Virus record (IMG/VR): IMGVR_UViG_3300037466_001997
Coordinates: 64,001-128,000 of that record
Reading direction: 5' to 3' (one strand)
Length of the DNA: 64,000 bases
From: a virus
Lineage: Duplodnaviria; Heunggongvirae; Uroviricota; Caudoviricetes
Made by a program: the position numbers and the translations under genes
Shown: in pieces, positions 25,880 through 35,387 of the stretch
Position numbering within the stretch: the first letter of the stretch is position 1
Layout: every line of letters starts with the position of its first letter
Notes under the pieces: generated by a model
Seen by the model: the letters and a program-made list of their open reading frames with translations, nothing else
Databases searched by the model: none
What the model was told of the DNA's origin: nothing

Positions 25880-27264
25880 TAGAAACTGAGTCCGTTGAAA
25901 TTCTTGCCTGCATTCGTATTTGCGGTCTTGGTAGGCGCTGGTGCCGAAGTGATATTGTTTTCGATCAAGCCCGCCAGAGGGTCGTCAAGATCGTAATAAC
26001 GCATCTTTGGAATATCGACGCCGACGAAGAACATCGGAATGTTGTTCTTGTGATCGTAGCGAGATTTCAATTGCTTGAACAACAATAGATTCTGCTTGGC
26101 CAATTCTTCACTCGAAACCAGCGCTCCAACCCAGTCAGCGGTGAAGTTGATGCCAAAGGCTTCCGATGTGTCGTCAATATCCGGATTCGTGTTGGCGTGA
26201 CCACCACGATTAAATTGCGATGCCGAAACAATCGGCACGTTCATTTCGACGCCAAGGCCACGCATTTCCTCGGAAATGGCCTTGTAATATGTGTTGGTGT
26301 TCGATATCTGGCCCGCCTTGAAGCGGTTTGAAACGAAAATGTTCAGATAATCGATAAAAATTACATCTGGTACAAAATGCTTCTTTAGAAGAAGTTCATT
26401 CAGAAGAATCCTGATATGGTTCACGGAAGCCGAAGAAGTCGGATATTCCTTGATCTTCAATCGGCCATTGGTCTTGCCTTTTAGGCGAGTCAGTCTGTTA
26501 TCGAAAGAGCTTTTCGATACATTTGCCAACTCTTTGATTTCTATATCCAAAACGTTCGCATCGATACGCTTGGCGATTTCTTCTTCCTTCATTTCTCCGG
26601 AAATGTAAAGGACATTTTTACCGTCTTTAAGCATGTTCGCTGCGATGTTGCACATACACAACGATTTACCCACGTTTGTACCAGCTAGGAACAGGTTGAG
26701 GGTCTTTTTCGAGAAACCACCGCCTGTCACCTTGTCAAGGTAGCCAATGCCGGTTGCAATCTTTTCTTCCTTGCGGTTATAATATTCGTAACGTTCATCG
26801 GAATTTTCGAAATAGTCGTGTCCGATGGTCGTTTCGAAGCCAACCGCCAAGGCGTCCTGTAGAATGGACGGGATAACACCTTTTGCTCGGCTCTTATCCT
26901 TGCCTTCATAAATCAGGATGGATTCCTGCAAAGCCAGTTCAAGCGCCCGGTCTTTGCAGAACTGTTCTGTGGTCGTAAGAAGCCATTCCATGTCTGGCTT
27001 CTTGATTTCCTCTTTCACCGAACCCATGACGGAATCGATGTCGGAAAATGTATCCTCGACAATCGTATTGTCGTTTGACATTTCGATCATCAGCGCTTCA
27101 ACAGTAGGTGGATTGTTGTAGTTATCCACATAGTTCTTGATGTGCTTGAAGATCGTCTGTTCGCCCTTTCCAACGAAATATTCGTCTTTCAGGAAAGGTA
27201 TCACTCGTCTCATATAATCATCATTATCAATTAGGCTTTTTATGATTATATTACTTACTTGCAA
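25879..27264 (-). CDS. gp41: Replicative DNA helicase (T4 gp41-like)
   Basis: AGTNVGKS Walker A, IFIDYLNI, SASQFNR; TTG start after AGGA. Confidence 0.95.
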   Translation of the reverse strand: MQVSNIIIKSLIDNDDYMRRVIPFLKDEYFVGKGEQTIFKHIKNYVDNYNNPPTVEALMIEMSNDNTIVEDTFSDIDSVMGSVKEEIKKPDMEWLLTTTEQFCKDRALELALQESILIYEGKDKSRAKGVIPSILQDALAVGFETTIGHDYFENSDERYEYYNRKEEKIATGIGYLDKVTGGGFSKKTLNLFLAGTNVGKSLCMCNIAANMLKDGKNVLYISGEMKEEEIAKRIDANVLDIEIKELANVSKSSFDNRLTRLKGKTNGRLKIKEYPTSSASVNHIRILLNELLLKKHFVPDVIFIDYLNIFVSNRFKAGQISNTNTYYKAISEEMRGLGVEMNVPIVSASQFNRGGHANTNPDIDDTSEAFGINFTADWVGALVSSEELAKQNLLLFKQLKSRYDHKNNIPMFFVGVDIPKMRYYDLDDPLAGLIENNITSAPAPTKTANTNAGKNFNGLSF

Positions 27265-27352
27265 ATTAATTCCTATATTAGTGGGTAAGAAAACCCTACC
27301 GTTGTGCACGGTAGGGTCAAAAATTCATAGATTTTTCGGGGGTTTGGAAGGA

Positions 27353-28474
27353 TTATTCTTCGGTAAGTGTTACCGAGTCTTCCACATCTGTATCATCATC
27401 TATAGCATCAGAATCAAATTCTGTCAACGAAAATTCTGTATCGCCAGAACCAAGACTGAAATGCTTCTTTGCAGCTTCCTCTAATTTGGCCAATATTTCC
27501 GGATGGTTAAAAAACTTTTCGCCATCTTTGTTAATATCCTTTTCAAAATGGCTTGAACCATCCGGAAATTCATATTTTGTAGATATTTTTTTGACAATTC
27601 CATATTGTACAGCCAACGGGAGCAAGCCGTAATATCTATCCACACCCTTTTGGAAATGAAGCTTTATTTGTACTGTTCTACCTTCACGGGAGAAGCGGGA
27701 CTTATCAACTTTCACAACAATGATGTTACCATCATGAAGTTTGACTTTCTTTCCACCTACCTTGATTTCTTCGGTATCCTTTTTCTTGGACATACCTAGA
27801 ATGGTCGAAGCTGCATATTCAAGACCGCCACCGCCAGACATCTTCTGTGGCGCACCGTAGCTCATGATGTCTGTATATGAGTGTGCACAGATAAAGAACG
27901 GAATGTGAGCGGTTCCAAGCTTCTGTGTGATCGTTCGGAAAAGCGAACGAACACCTTGTTGCTTGGTCATATCCTTGGTGCCTTGCTTCTTTTCATCCTC
28001 GGAATCGGCACTTTCCTTCATCGAAGGAAGCATACCAAGGGAGTCAAGAACCAAGATCATTTTCATGCGATCTTTTTCCGGAAGTTCCATGTATTGAGAC
28101 AGGAAATTCAGGGAACGCATCTTGAATTCTTCAATGTGTGCCGGTTGATCGATCAAACAGCGAGCCGGATCAATATCACGACGCTTCAAAAAATCTTCGT
28201 CAATGGCAAATTCTGTATCGTAGTAGAGTGCGCAAGCTTCCGGGTCGGATTGCAAAAGCGCCTTGACAGCCGACATAGCCAGATATGTCTTACCTACACC
28301 CGCTTTGGAGTGAACTGCCGTAATTCTGTTGTTTGGGATGCCGCCATAAATTGAGGTTGAACATGCGGCGTTTAGGATATATGAACCGGTATCTAGGAAG
28401 CCAGTGGTAGTAACTGGACCATCATAATCCGGATTAGACTTCTTCAATAGCTTAAGGAACGCTGAATCTTTCAT
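27353..28474 (-). CDS. uvsX: RecA-like recombinase UvsX
   Basis: DTGSYILN, AGVGKT, YDTE, VLDSLG, GGGGLEYAAS. Confidence 0.95.
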   Translation of the reverse strand: MKDSAFLKLLKKSNPDYDGPVTTTGFLDTGSYILNAACSTSIYGGIPNNRITAVHSKAGVGKTYLAMSAVKALLQSDPEACALYYDTEFAIDEDFLKRRDIDPARCLIDQPAHIEEFKMRSLNFLSQYMELPEKDRMKMILVLDSLGMLPSMKESADSEDEKKQGTKDMTKQQGVRSLFRTITQKLGTAHIPFFICAHSYTDIMSYGAPQKMSGGGGLEYAASTILGMSKKKDTEEIKVGGKKVKLHDGNIIVVKVDKSRFSREGRTVQIKLHFQKGVDRYYGLLPLAVQYGIVKKISTKYEFPDGSSHFEKDINKDGEKFFNHPEILAKLEEAAKKHFSLGSGDTEFSLTEFDSDAIDDDTDVEDSVTLTEE

Positions 28475-28483
28475 CGTTGCTGT

Positions 28484-28561
28484 AATACTCCGTTGTGTGT
28501 CGTGTAGTAGGATGTTGTTAATTTTAATTCGCCCATCCTGATTAAGCGAACGGAGTATTTA
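28484..28561 (-). promoter_or_regulatory. uvsX 5'-leader hairpin with embedded late-promoter-like element
   Basis: 11-bp AATACTCCGTT/AACGGAGTATT stem containing GGAG, inner 6-bp stem, TAAATA at 28556-28561. Confidence 0.6.
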
Positions 28562-28589
28562 GGCTTTTGAGAAGTCTATAAGAGTAGTA

Positions 28590-28967
28590 TTATTTTTCCT
28601 TTTTCAGTAGTTCTTTCTCTTTTTCTAGCAAATCTAACCACATTTCTTTTAATGCAAAGTATGCATTTGCTTCACATTCATATCTAACTATGTTGTATAG
28701 TTCTTCTTCAACCGGAATGCCGTAAAGAGGTTTTGCTTGTGCTTCTTTTGGTTTCAATGACTCCACATGCATGAAGCGTTGAACATAGGCTCTGTATCCA
28801 GCTTCCAAATCCTTTCTAGGATTATCAAATTCATTTACTATACCGCCTTCATACAAATAGTTTTCTAGCAAATTCTTGTCGGCATTCATTTCTTCCAAGG
28901 TTTTTGATTTACCATTGTATGCAGTGATATCTGAAAAAAGTCGTTCGTAGTCCCATCTGTTATTCAT
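28590..28967 (-). CDS. Hypothetical protein
   Basis: ORF in replication operon. Confidence 0.55.
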   Translation of the reverse strand: MNNRWDYERLFSDITAYNGKSKTLEEMNADKNLLENYLYEGGIVNEFDNPRKDLEAGYRAYVQRFMHVESLKPKEAQAKPLYGIPVEEELYNIVRYECEANAYFALKEMWLDLLEKEKELLKKEK

Positions 28968-29233
28968 CGTGTTAACGCCAAAAATTCCTTTATCTTTTCT
29001 TCTAGTTGTGGCTTGCGATTAGGCCAAAAAATGGTGTCGCCTTCATCTGCCGAAGCATGAAGATTAGCCAACAGAGGCATAATAAGTTCTTCAATTTTCT
29101 TGATTTTTTCCTTGTATGCGTCGATAGCAAGGTTCTGATTGTCCACCACTTCCTTGGCATTGGAAGTGGTGAACCCAAAATCATTTTGTTCAGAATATTC
29201 TTTGATTATACTATTGATACTTTTAGCAGTCAT
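28964..29233 (-). CDS. Conserved T4-like hypothetical protein following gp43
   Basis: DFGFT...IMPLLANL...IFWPNR. Confidence 0.7.
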   Translation of the reverse strand: MTAKSINSIIKEYSEQNDFGFTTSNAKEVVDNQNLAIDAYKEKIKKIEELIMPLLANLHASADEGDTIFWPNRKPQLEEKIKEFLALTR

Positions 29234-31746
29234 TAAGCGAAAAATCCCTCTAGTGTCGAAAGTTCTTCTTCACGCCAACCAATTACCTTGTTCATGGCTT
29301 TTACAGCGTCCAAAAATGTCTTGTCGAACTGTGTGTCGTAATCTATATATTCTTCTAGTGCAAATTCCTTTGGCAGAGTACGGGGTGCCGCAATAACGTT
29401 TTCACCAATTGGATTTGGCATTTTCAAATAACAATATTTGATCTTTTCACCTTCAAGAATTTCTTCGATGTCAGTCAAACCCTTCGATTTGAGAAGGTGA
29501 TTATACAACAACGAGCCACGGACATGAATTGGGACAGCCAATCCTTTGACACGCTTGTAGACAGTATGAGGATCACCATATTTGTCCAGACCCTTGACGC
29601 CTTTTGGCGATGCCACTTGATCGAACTTCAACGTTAGGAATTCTTCACGAACCTTGCCGATAAATTCTCGCATAGTCTGTTCGTCTTTGTTCAATACAAT
29701 ATCATAGAATTCTTTCAGCTTGTTGCGGCAGAATTCAGGATTGACTGTTCGAACCGCTTCCAACCCAGTGACTTCGATCTTGGGCGTCTCATAGCGAACG
29801 CCTTCATTGTCCAACACCTTTTGGGCGTATCTTTTCTTCGCAAGCCAAACTGCTTTCTCGGAAATTTTTTCACGCTTCATATGCAGCTTTTGCTGAAATG
29901 AATTCATGTAGGTAGAAAGGTTTTGGAAAAACTTGTTCAGTTGTGGCTGAACCTTTTCTTCTGCAAAGCGATTCAGGAATTCACATTCCTTGCCTTCCGG
30001 CACCTTGAATTTTTGAATAATCGGATCAAAATTGATGTACAGCGAGTCCGTGTCGGCACCAATCACATAGTCAACGCCTTGTGTCCCCATGAGCTTGTTC
30101 AAAAACTCATTCATATGACGTTCAGCCCATTTGATGGTAAGCTGGCCTGAAATCGTGATCGCCTCGGCATGAATCAAATCATAGAAGCGGAAACCCTTGT
30201 TTCCGTTAGCCCCATACAAGGCATTCAGAGAGATTTTGAAGTTCTGTTGATAGATATCATAGATAACGGCCAAAGCCTCTTGCTTGACCTTCTCTGCCTT
30301 GTCCTTGGCCGCTTCCTTGGCCTTCTTGGCATCCTTCATCAAGGTTTTGTATTGCTGGCGCTTATCGAAATAATACTGAATGATTTCCGTCATGAATGAT
30401 GGAAATTCTCTGGTATAGGTAGCGCCGTTAGCCGCCATGGATAGGTTCTTGGATTTCAGGAAATCTTCGAAACCATGGGGATTGCCCGAAAGCAATGTGG
30501 ACATATTAACGTCCTGTTTGCCTCTGAACGTGTCAACACCGATGTTATAGTGCATGAACAGAGACGGATACAGCGAAGTCAAGTCGAAAGACACGACCCA
30601 CTTGTACAATCCCGGCGTCGGAACCTTGACATATGCACCTTCAAAGCCTTGATCGTCCGTTTCTTCCTGCTTGGTGATTGGAACGATGATCTTTCGATCT
30701 TTCAGGAAACCATAGATGATGGAATCCCAAAGCTTCGTTGGCATGAAGCATTCTTGAATGTTAATCTTCGCAGAATACGCCATGTTGAATAGCAGACGTA
30801 TTATGTTCAACTTTTCTTCCATTCGTTGAACAAGGCGAGCGTCTTTGATGTTATATTCAAAGAATAGTTGCGGATTTTCTTTATACAGCTTGTTCAATGA
30901 GCCATATTCAGAATAATCAACCTTTTTTTCGCCTAGAACCACATAGGCAACGGTATCGAGCTTGTTGTCATCTGGGTTCAGCGATGGCGGACGAAACTTC
31001 TTAAAGGCAGGCAGATAATCGATATCGATGATACCATAGATATCAAAAATTTCGATTTCTTGACCACGATAGGACTTGATGTTGCGTGGCTTGACAATAC
31101 CCCAAGGCGACAGGCGCTTGGCCCAATCGAAGCTGATAAGGCGAGTGATACGGCGCACAAGGTAGGGCAAGTCGAATGCGGTCGTGTTCCAACCGGACAC
31201 GGCGTCGAGCGCCAGCTTTTCCCAGAACTTGACAAAATGGCGCAACATTTCTTCTTCGGTTTCAAACCAAAAGAAGTCAACGCCTTTGGGAGCCTTGAAA
31301 TCCTTCATGGCCCAGAGGAATGTTCGTTCCTTATACACCAGACCGATTGCGGTAATTTCCTTGTCGGCTTCCATCACATTGGGAAAGCCGCCTTCCGAAT
31401 CGGTTTCAATGTCGAGATATCCAATCTTGATCAGCGAGTCATCGTATTCGACTTCGACTGGGAATTCCTCGTGGATGAAATTGTTCACCCAGTTTTGCTG
31501 GCCAAAGACGTTAAAATTTGCTACATCTTTGTACTGCTTGACGAATTCACGTGCAGCACCGATTTTTTGGAACTGCATCGGTGCGAGCTTGGCACCCTGT
31601 AGTGACTTGTGCGTGGCTTCGCTGGTATTGGATGGAACAAAGAGCGTTGGCTTGAACTTCAAGCGTTTTTTGAAAGGCTTACCGTCTTTATAACCACGAA
31701 CTAGGATATCATCGAACTGTTGTTCGATCTTGGTATAGAAAATTAT
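29233..31746 (-). CDS. gp43: Family B DNA polymerase (T4 gp43-like); start extended to ATA at 31746
   Basis: DIETD exonuclease, FDLTSLYPS, KISLNALYG, ADTDS; conserved N-terminus FYT..E....ILVRGY lies upstream of ORF-track start 31662. Confidence 0.95.
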   Translation of the reverse strand: MIFYTKIEQQFDDILVRGYKDGKPFKKRLKFKPTLFVPSNTSEATHKSLQGAKLAPMQFQKIGAAREFVKQYKDVANFNVFGQQNWVNNFIHEEFPVEVEYDDSLIKIGYLDIETDSEGGFPNVMEADKEITAIGLVYKERTFLWAMKDFKAPKGVDFFWFETEEEMLRHFVKFWEKLALDAVSGWNTTAFDLPYLVRRITRLISFDWAKRLSPWGIVKPRNIKSYRGQEIEIFDIYGIIDIDYLPAFKKFRPPSLNPDDNKLDTVAYVVLGEKKVDYSEYGSLNKLYKENPQLFFEYNIKDARLVQRMEEKLNIIRLLFNMAYSAKINIQECFMPTKLWDSIIYGFLKDRKIIVPITKQEETDDQGFEGAYVKVPTPGLYKWVVSFDLTSLYPSLFMHYNIGVDTFRGKQDVNMSTLLSGNPHGFEDFLKSKNLSMAANGATYTREFPSFMTEIIQYYFDKRQQYKTLMKDAKKAKEAAKDKAEKVKQEALAVIYDIYQQNFKISLNALYGANGNKGFRFYDLIHAEAITISGQLTIKWAERHMNEFLNKLMGTQGVDYVIGADTDSLYINFDPIIQKFKVPEGKECEFLNRFAEEKVQPQLNKFFQNLSTYMNSFQQKLHMKREKISEKAVWLAKKRYAQKVLDNEGVRYETPKIEVTGLEAVRTVNPEFCRNKLKEFYDIVLNKDEQTMREFIGKVREEFLTLKFDQVASPKGVKGLDKYGDPHTVYKRVKGLAVPIHVRGSLLYNHLLKSKGLTDIEEILEGEKIKYCYLKMPNPIGENVIAAPRTLPKEFALEEYIDYDTQFDKTFLDAVKAMNKVIGWREEELSTLEGFFA

Positions 31747-31769
31747 GGGGGAACTCCGTATAATGGACT

Positions 31770-31830
31770 ACTATATATTCATCTTGAAAGCTTGTCAAGG
31801 CTTGACATTCCTCTAGGGTTTCATTATATT
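31770..31830. promoter_or_regulatory. Back-to-back divergent sigma70 promoters
   Basis: Minus TTGACA-N17-TATAGT (31798-31770); plus TTGACA-N17-TATATT (31802-31830). Confidence 0.8.
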
Positions 31831-31858
31831 GGAAATCAAGGTAAGAGAGGAAGTGAAT

Positions 31859-31990
31859 ATGAACCTGTTAATTGCAATCATTGCCGTAATGCACATGCAC
31901 ACGGCTCACCCGGTCACATGGAATTGTTCGCCTTCCGGCGCTGGCCAGACCACGATATGTCACCAAACGTATAAGATCATGCACCCATGA
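31859..31990 (+). CDS. Small exported-type peptide, 43 aa (not in ORF track)
   Basis: MNLLIAIIAVM..., two Cys; GAGGA RBS; ATGA coupling. Confidence 0.55.
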   Translation: MNLLIAIIAVMHMHTAHPVTWNCSPSGAGQTTICHQTYKIMHP

Positions 31991-32169
31991 TGGAAACGGA
32001 ATGTAAATATTTTCCATTTTTGCCGGGCCTATGGTCATACGAAGTCGTGGCGTTTCGCAATCCGGAACATGGCGAATTCTTTCTGGAAAAGGGGCAGGTT
32101 TTCAAAGCCGCTTCCAACCTCAAAGTGAAAGACCGGCAAATTGTAAAACCAATCGAGAGGGTTCGATGA
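31987..32169 (+). CDS. Hypothetical protein
   Basis: ATGA-coupled early operon. Confidence 0.55.
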   Translation: MMETECKYFPFLPGLWSYEVVAFRNPEHGEFFLEKGQVFKAASNLKVKDRQIVKPIERVR

Positions 32170-32498
32170 AGAAATTTTCACAATTCCCATCAGAACGTTT
32201 CCTGAACCGGGTAAATGGCCTTCGGTCATTGCTCTTGGCTCTGGATGGTTATGACGAACGCTCTGACGAACGCATTCGTGGTATGCGAGTCGTCTTTCCG
32301 GGCGTTCGTGCGTCGTCTCGTATGTTCCTTGATATGCGAAAATTCACGCAAAGCCAAATCAACAGTATCATCAAACACGGCGAACGGCTTGGTTTGGTGA
32401 AGGAATTTTTCATGAATCCTTATTTTCTGGGGAGTGGTGAACATTTCGTCGCTCTTACGAAAAAAGGTGTGTCTATCATCGACAGGACATCGACATGA
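32166..32498 (+). CDS. Hypothetical protein, possible winged-helix
   Basis: Start refined to MKKFSQF; C-terminal FVALTKKG. Confidence 0.55.
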   Translation: MKKFSQFPSERFLNRVNGLRSLLLALDGYDERSDERIRGMRVVFPGVRASSRMFLDMRKFTQSQINSIIKHGERLGLVKEFFMNPYFLGSGEHFVALTKKGVSIIDRTST

Positions 32499-32689
32499 CA
32501 AAAAGATGGATCAAGTGGCCGCAACCCGGCCAAATTCGGGGTGAAGGAAAATGGGAGGAATCAACGCCCATAACTTCCGACTATTTCGAACATTGCAAAC
32601 GAACCGGCTGGTTACCAACCGCCGAACAGGATGAAAAACCAGATGATGACGGACATCAATCACGTCTTTCGAAGGAAGAAACAGAATGA
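32495..32689 (+). CDS. Hypothetical protein
   Basis: ATGA-coupled. Confidence 0.5.
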   Translation: MTKRWIKWPQPGQIRGEGKWEESTPITSDYFEHCKRTGWLPTAEQDEKPDDDGHQSRLSKEETE

Positions 32690-32910
32690 TCGGCCATTTC
32701 TACAGGCTTCGTTCTTGGAACCATTATTTCCCGATCAAGAAAGGAGAACATGGCATCATCAACGAAAGCTTCAAGATGCAGAAGAAAGATGAAGTGGCTG
32801 TGTTTCTTCTGGTAGGATATGAAAAGACCGATGGTTCTGGTCCACTGGTCGATATCGATCATGTGTTCAAGGCATGGGGCTACGTCAAAGAAAAGGAAGG
32901 GGCTGATTAG
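32686..32910 (+). CDS. Hypothetical protein
   Basis: ATGA-coupled. Confidence 0.55.
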   Translation: MIGHFYRLRSWNHYFPIKKGEHGIINESFKMQKKDEVAVFLLVGYEKTDGSGPLVDIDHVFKAWGYVKEKEGAD

Positions 32911-32919
32911 GCCCCTTCC
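32895..32919. terminator. Hairpin between convergent operons
   Basis: GGAAGGGGC/GCCCCTTCC. Confidence 0.6.
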
Positions 32920-32925
32920 CGATTA

Positions 32926-33027
32926 TTATTCCGTGCCGTCCTTCTTCTGGTCGTTCTTCGGCTTTACGATGAAATACCAGTAAGCGGCAGCGATTACCAA
33001 TACGAATGCAATAATATCAATCAACAT
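32926..33027 (-). CDS. Small single-TM protein, 33 aa (not in ORF track)
   Basis: MLIDIIAFVLVIAAAYWYFIVKPKNDQKKDGTE. Confidence 0.55.
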   Translation of the reverse strand: MLIDIIAFVLVIAAAYWYFIVKPKNDQKKDGTE

Positions 33028-33433
33028 TTGTGTTTGTTCCTAAGATTTTGTTAACATCTGCGGGTCTGTACAAATTTGATTTGATCACTTTGCCAAGCGA
33101 GTTGTACACAGGCTTGCCATTTTCATCCAACTTGGACATATTGGAAGAATGAACTTCCTCAAATACCTTGTCGATGTCGATACCAAAATCAACAGCCATA
33201 CCGTAGCAGACGTACAGTAGGTCTGAAAGCTCTTTCGCCACGTTGACGAGATTGACGGGTTCAGTACCCGAGCTATCGATGTACGGATCAATTTCCGCCA
33301 TCAGTTCCTTGTATTCTTCATTAATCAACTTCTTGCGAAGCACTACCGACGATAGAGCGGGCACTGTCGGTTTATCATTATCAAGCAATTTGAAGACTTG
33401 ATGGAATTCTCTTACTTGTTCAAAATTAGTCAA
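33017..33433 (-). CDS. MazG/PRA-PH-like NTP pyrophosphohydrolase
   Basis: VREFH, INEEYKEL, KELSDLLYV, VHSSNMSK. Confidence 0.85.
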   Translation of the reverse strand: MTNFEQVREFHQVFKLLDNDKPTVPALSSVVLRKKLINEEYKELMAEIDPYIDSSGTEPVNLVNVAKELSDLLYVCYGMAVDFGIDIDKVFEEVHSSNMSKLDENGKPVYNSLGKVIKSNLYRPADVNKILGTNTNVD

Positions 33434-33631
33434 TTATTGTTCCCAGTGCAATTCTTCGTCTTCCGAAATTGCTTCAAGAGGCGAGTATTCTTCGTTGTAA
33501 TAGTCTTCCCAGTTCTCTGCTGAACCATAGTTTGCAATCACAGTGTCGTTAAATGCGTACTTGTCACGCATGATACCGTGAAGTTCAGTCATCCAAGCAG
33601 AGAAGTCTTCCAGATTATAAGCAGTTGTCAC
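33434..33631 (-). CDS. Hypothetical protein
   Basis: ORF in operon. Confidence 0.55.
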   Translation of the reverse strand: MTTAYNLEDFSAWMTELHGIMRDKYAFNDTVIANYGSAENWEDYYNEEYSPLEAISEDEELHWEQ

Positions 33632-33632
33632 G

Positions 33633-34070
33633 TTATGCTACCTGTTTTGATTTGTTGCCGATTGTGTACTTGGCCGTGAGTGTCCATTCCTTCTTTTCCT
33701 TGTAGGCAATGACCTTGATCTTGCCTAGCGGACACACCGGGGATTTTGTTTTTTCAGGCTCTACAATCTTAATCAAGCCCCATTGCGCCAAGAGATTGGC
33801 GATAGTGTTACGCCTCGATAGATCATCTTCCGAGAAATTCGTTGGCTTGCCGTCCAGCAAGAACATTTCCTTGAAATGGACCAAGGCGTATTTACCCTGC
33901 TTGTGCAGGATGTGACAGGACTGGTATAGTTCCTTCTTAACCGGGGAAGCGACACCAATTCTGGTTAATGTTTCCTTCACCTTCAAAAAATTATCAGGTT
34001 CAGGCAGTTCAATCCAAATGAAATTATCTGTTACATTACTGTAATCTTGTTGTTCATTCAATGAAGTCAA
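33633..34070 (-). CDS. regA: Translational repressor RegA
   Basis: FLKVKETLTRIG, LYQSCHILHKQGKY..VHFKEMF.LDGK. Confidence 0.95.
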   Translation of the reverse strand: MTSLNEQQDYSNVTDNFIWIELPEPDNFLKVKETLTRIGVASPVKKELYQSCHILHKQGKYALVHFKEMFLLDGKPTNFSEDDLSRRNTIANLLAQWGLIKIVEPEKTKSPVCPLGKIKVIAYKEKKEWTLTAKYTIGNKSKQVA

Positions 34071-34089
34071 AGTGAAGTATTTTCCTATA

Positions 34090-34467
34090 TTACTGCCCCT
34101 CTACAGTGAGGGAGCTTATTAATTGTTTCAATTCAGTTTCAGTCAATATATTCATAATTTCCACAGCACGATCATAACGAATAGATAGTTTTTCAGACAA
34201 AAAGACTGCATCAGCATCCTTTTGCTGCTTAATCCATTTACTATACCGTGGCTTCTTCGACACGGCATGGTAAAGGAAATCATAATGGGCTTTGGGCTTT
34301 GTCTCTGGATACATGTTCAACTCGTTAGCGAGGAAGATTGTATCTGGGAAGAATGAGAAAGCCTTGTTTACAATGTAGCTCGAATATGCCTTCTTGTCAA
34401 TGTCTTCATGGAAAGAATATTTCTTTTCGTTGATAGATTTGACAAAATCCCAAGGGTTCATATACAA
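34090..34467 (-). CDS. gp62: Clamp loader small subunit (gp62)
   Basis: PWDFVKSIN...YIVNKAFSF...KPRYSKW; synteny. Confidence 0.9.
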   Translation of the reverse strand: MYMNPWDFVKSINEKKYSFHEDIDKKAYSSYIVNKAFSFFPDTIFLANELNMYPETKPKAHYDFLYHAVSKKPRYSKWIKQQKDADAVFLSEKLSIRYDRAVEIMNILTETELKQLISSLTVEGQ

Positions 34468-35387
34468 TCCGTCATTATTTCGAGCAACATAGCAGCGATG
34501 TTGATTTCCCGGTTTGCCACAAAGGCATTCTGGTAATCGTATTTGTTCAGAATGAGGGTCAAGAACGGGATTTTTTGCGGCTCAATCTGTTCCGAAAACT
34601 GATTGTACAAATCATCGATGAAGACAGCGAAATCCAAATCGGAATTTTCCGCTACCCATGTGCGCATGTCTGTAAATTTTTTTGTTTTCAAAATCTTCAT
34701 GATTTCACCGATGTCCGAGCGCTTGGCGAGAATGCCAGCATCGATCCGACCGGTTGCAGAATAATCCTGTAGCTCGTTGATGACCTTGCGCAGATTCGGA
34801 AACAAATCATTGGTGAGGGTCGCAATCACCTTCATATCATGCGGGATGCCTTCTGCATCCAACATGTCTCTGATGGCCCGTAGCGCCTGTTTCAGAAGCT
34901 CTGAACGTTCATCGTTGGGGACGACGAAGTTAACCGTAGCACACCGGCCTTTAAGAGGGTCGATAATGCGGTTCGGGTAGTTGCACGTCATGATGAATCC
35001 GCAGTTGATAGCGTATTCTTCCATGAAGTTGCGAAGCGCCGGTTGTGTCGAATTGGCGTTCAGATAGTCAGCCTCATCAAGGATGACCACCTTGCGCTTG
35101 TCACCAAACATAGAGACGGACGAAGCGAATTGCAAAATTTCACTTCGCAACGTGTCGATGTTGCCGTTCATAGAACCGTTGATGACGATATAATCCACGC
35201 CCATTTCTTCGCACATGGCCTTGGCGACCGTGGTCTTGCCAGTGCCCGTGGCACCGACAAGCAACAAGTTTGGCAACCGACCGGATGCTACTTGTTCCGA
35301 AAATTTCTTTTTCATATCCTTGGGTAGGATGCAGTCTGCGATACGCTTTGGTCTATATTTTTCCGACCAAATTACATGTTCTAGCAT
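34458..35387 (-). CDS. gp44: Clamp loader AAA+ subunit (gp44)
   Basis: WSEKYRP, GTGKTT, ILDEAD, SRC-like GRC. Confidence 0.95.
   Translation of the reverse strand: MLEHVIWSEKYRPKRIADCILPKDMKKKFSEQVASGRLPNLLLVGATGTGKTTVAKAMCEEMGVDYIVINGSMNGNIDTLRSEILQFASSVSMFGDKRKVVILDEADYLNANSTQPALRNFMEEYAINCGFIMTCNYPNRIIDPLKGRCATVNFVVPNDERSELLKQALRAIRDMLDAEGIPHDMKVIATLTNDLFPNLRKVINELQDYSATGRIDAGILAKRSDIGEIMKILKTKKFTDMRTWVAENSDLDFAVFIDDLYNQFSEQIEPQKIPFLTLILNKYDYQNAFVANREINIAAMLLEIMTDCI

Noticed and set aside
8206-31746. Introns or inteins in nrdJ, primase, helicase or gp43
   Set aside because: All read through at expected lengths with contiguous motifs.
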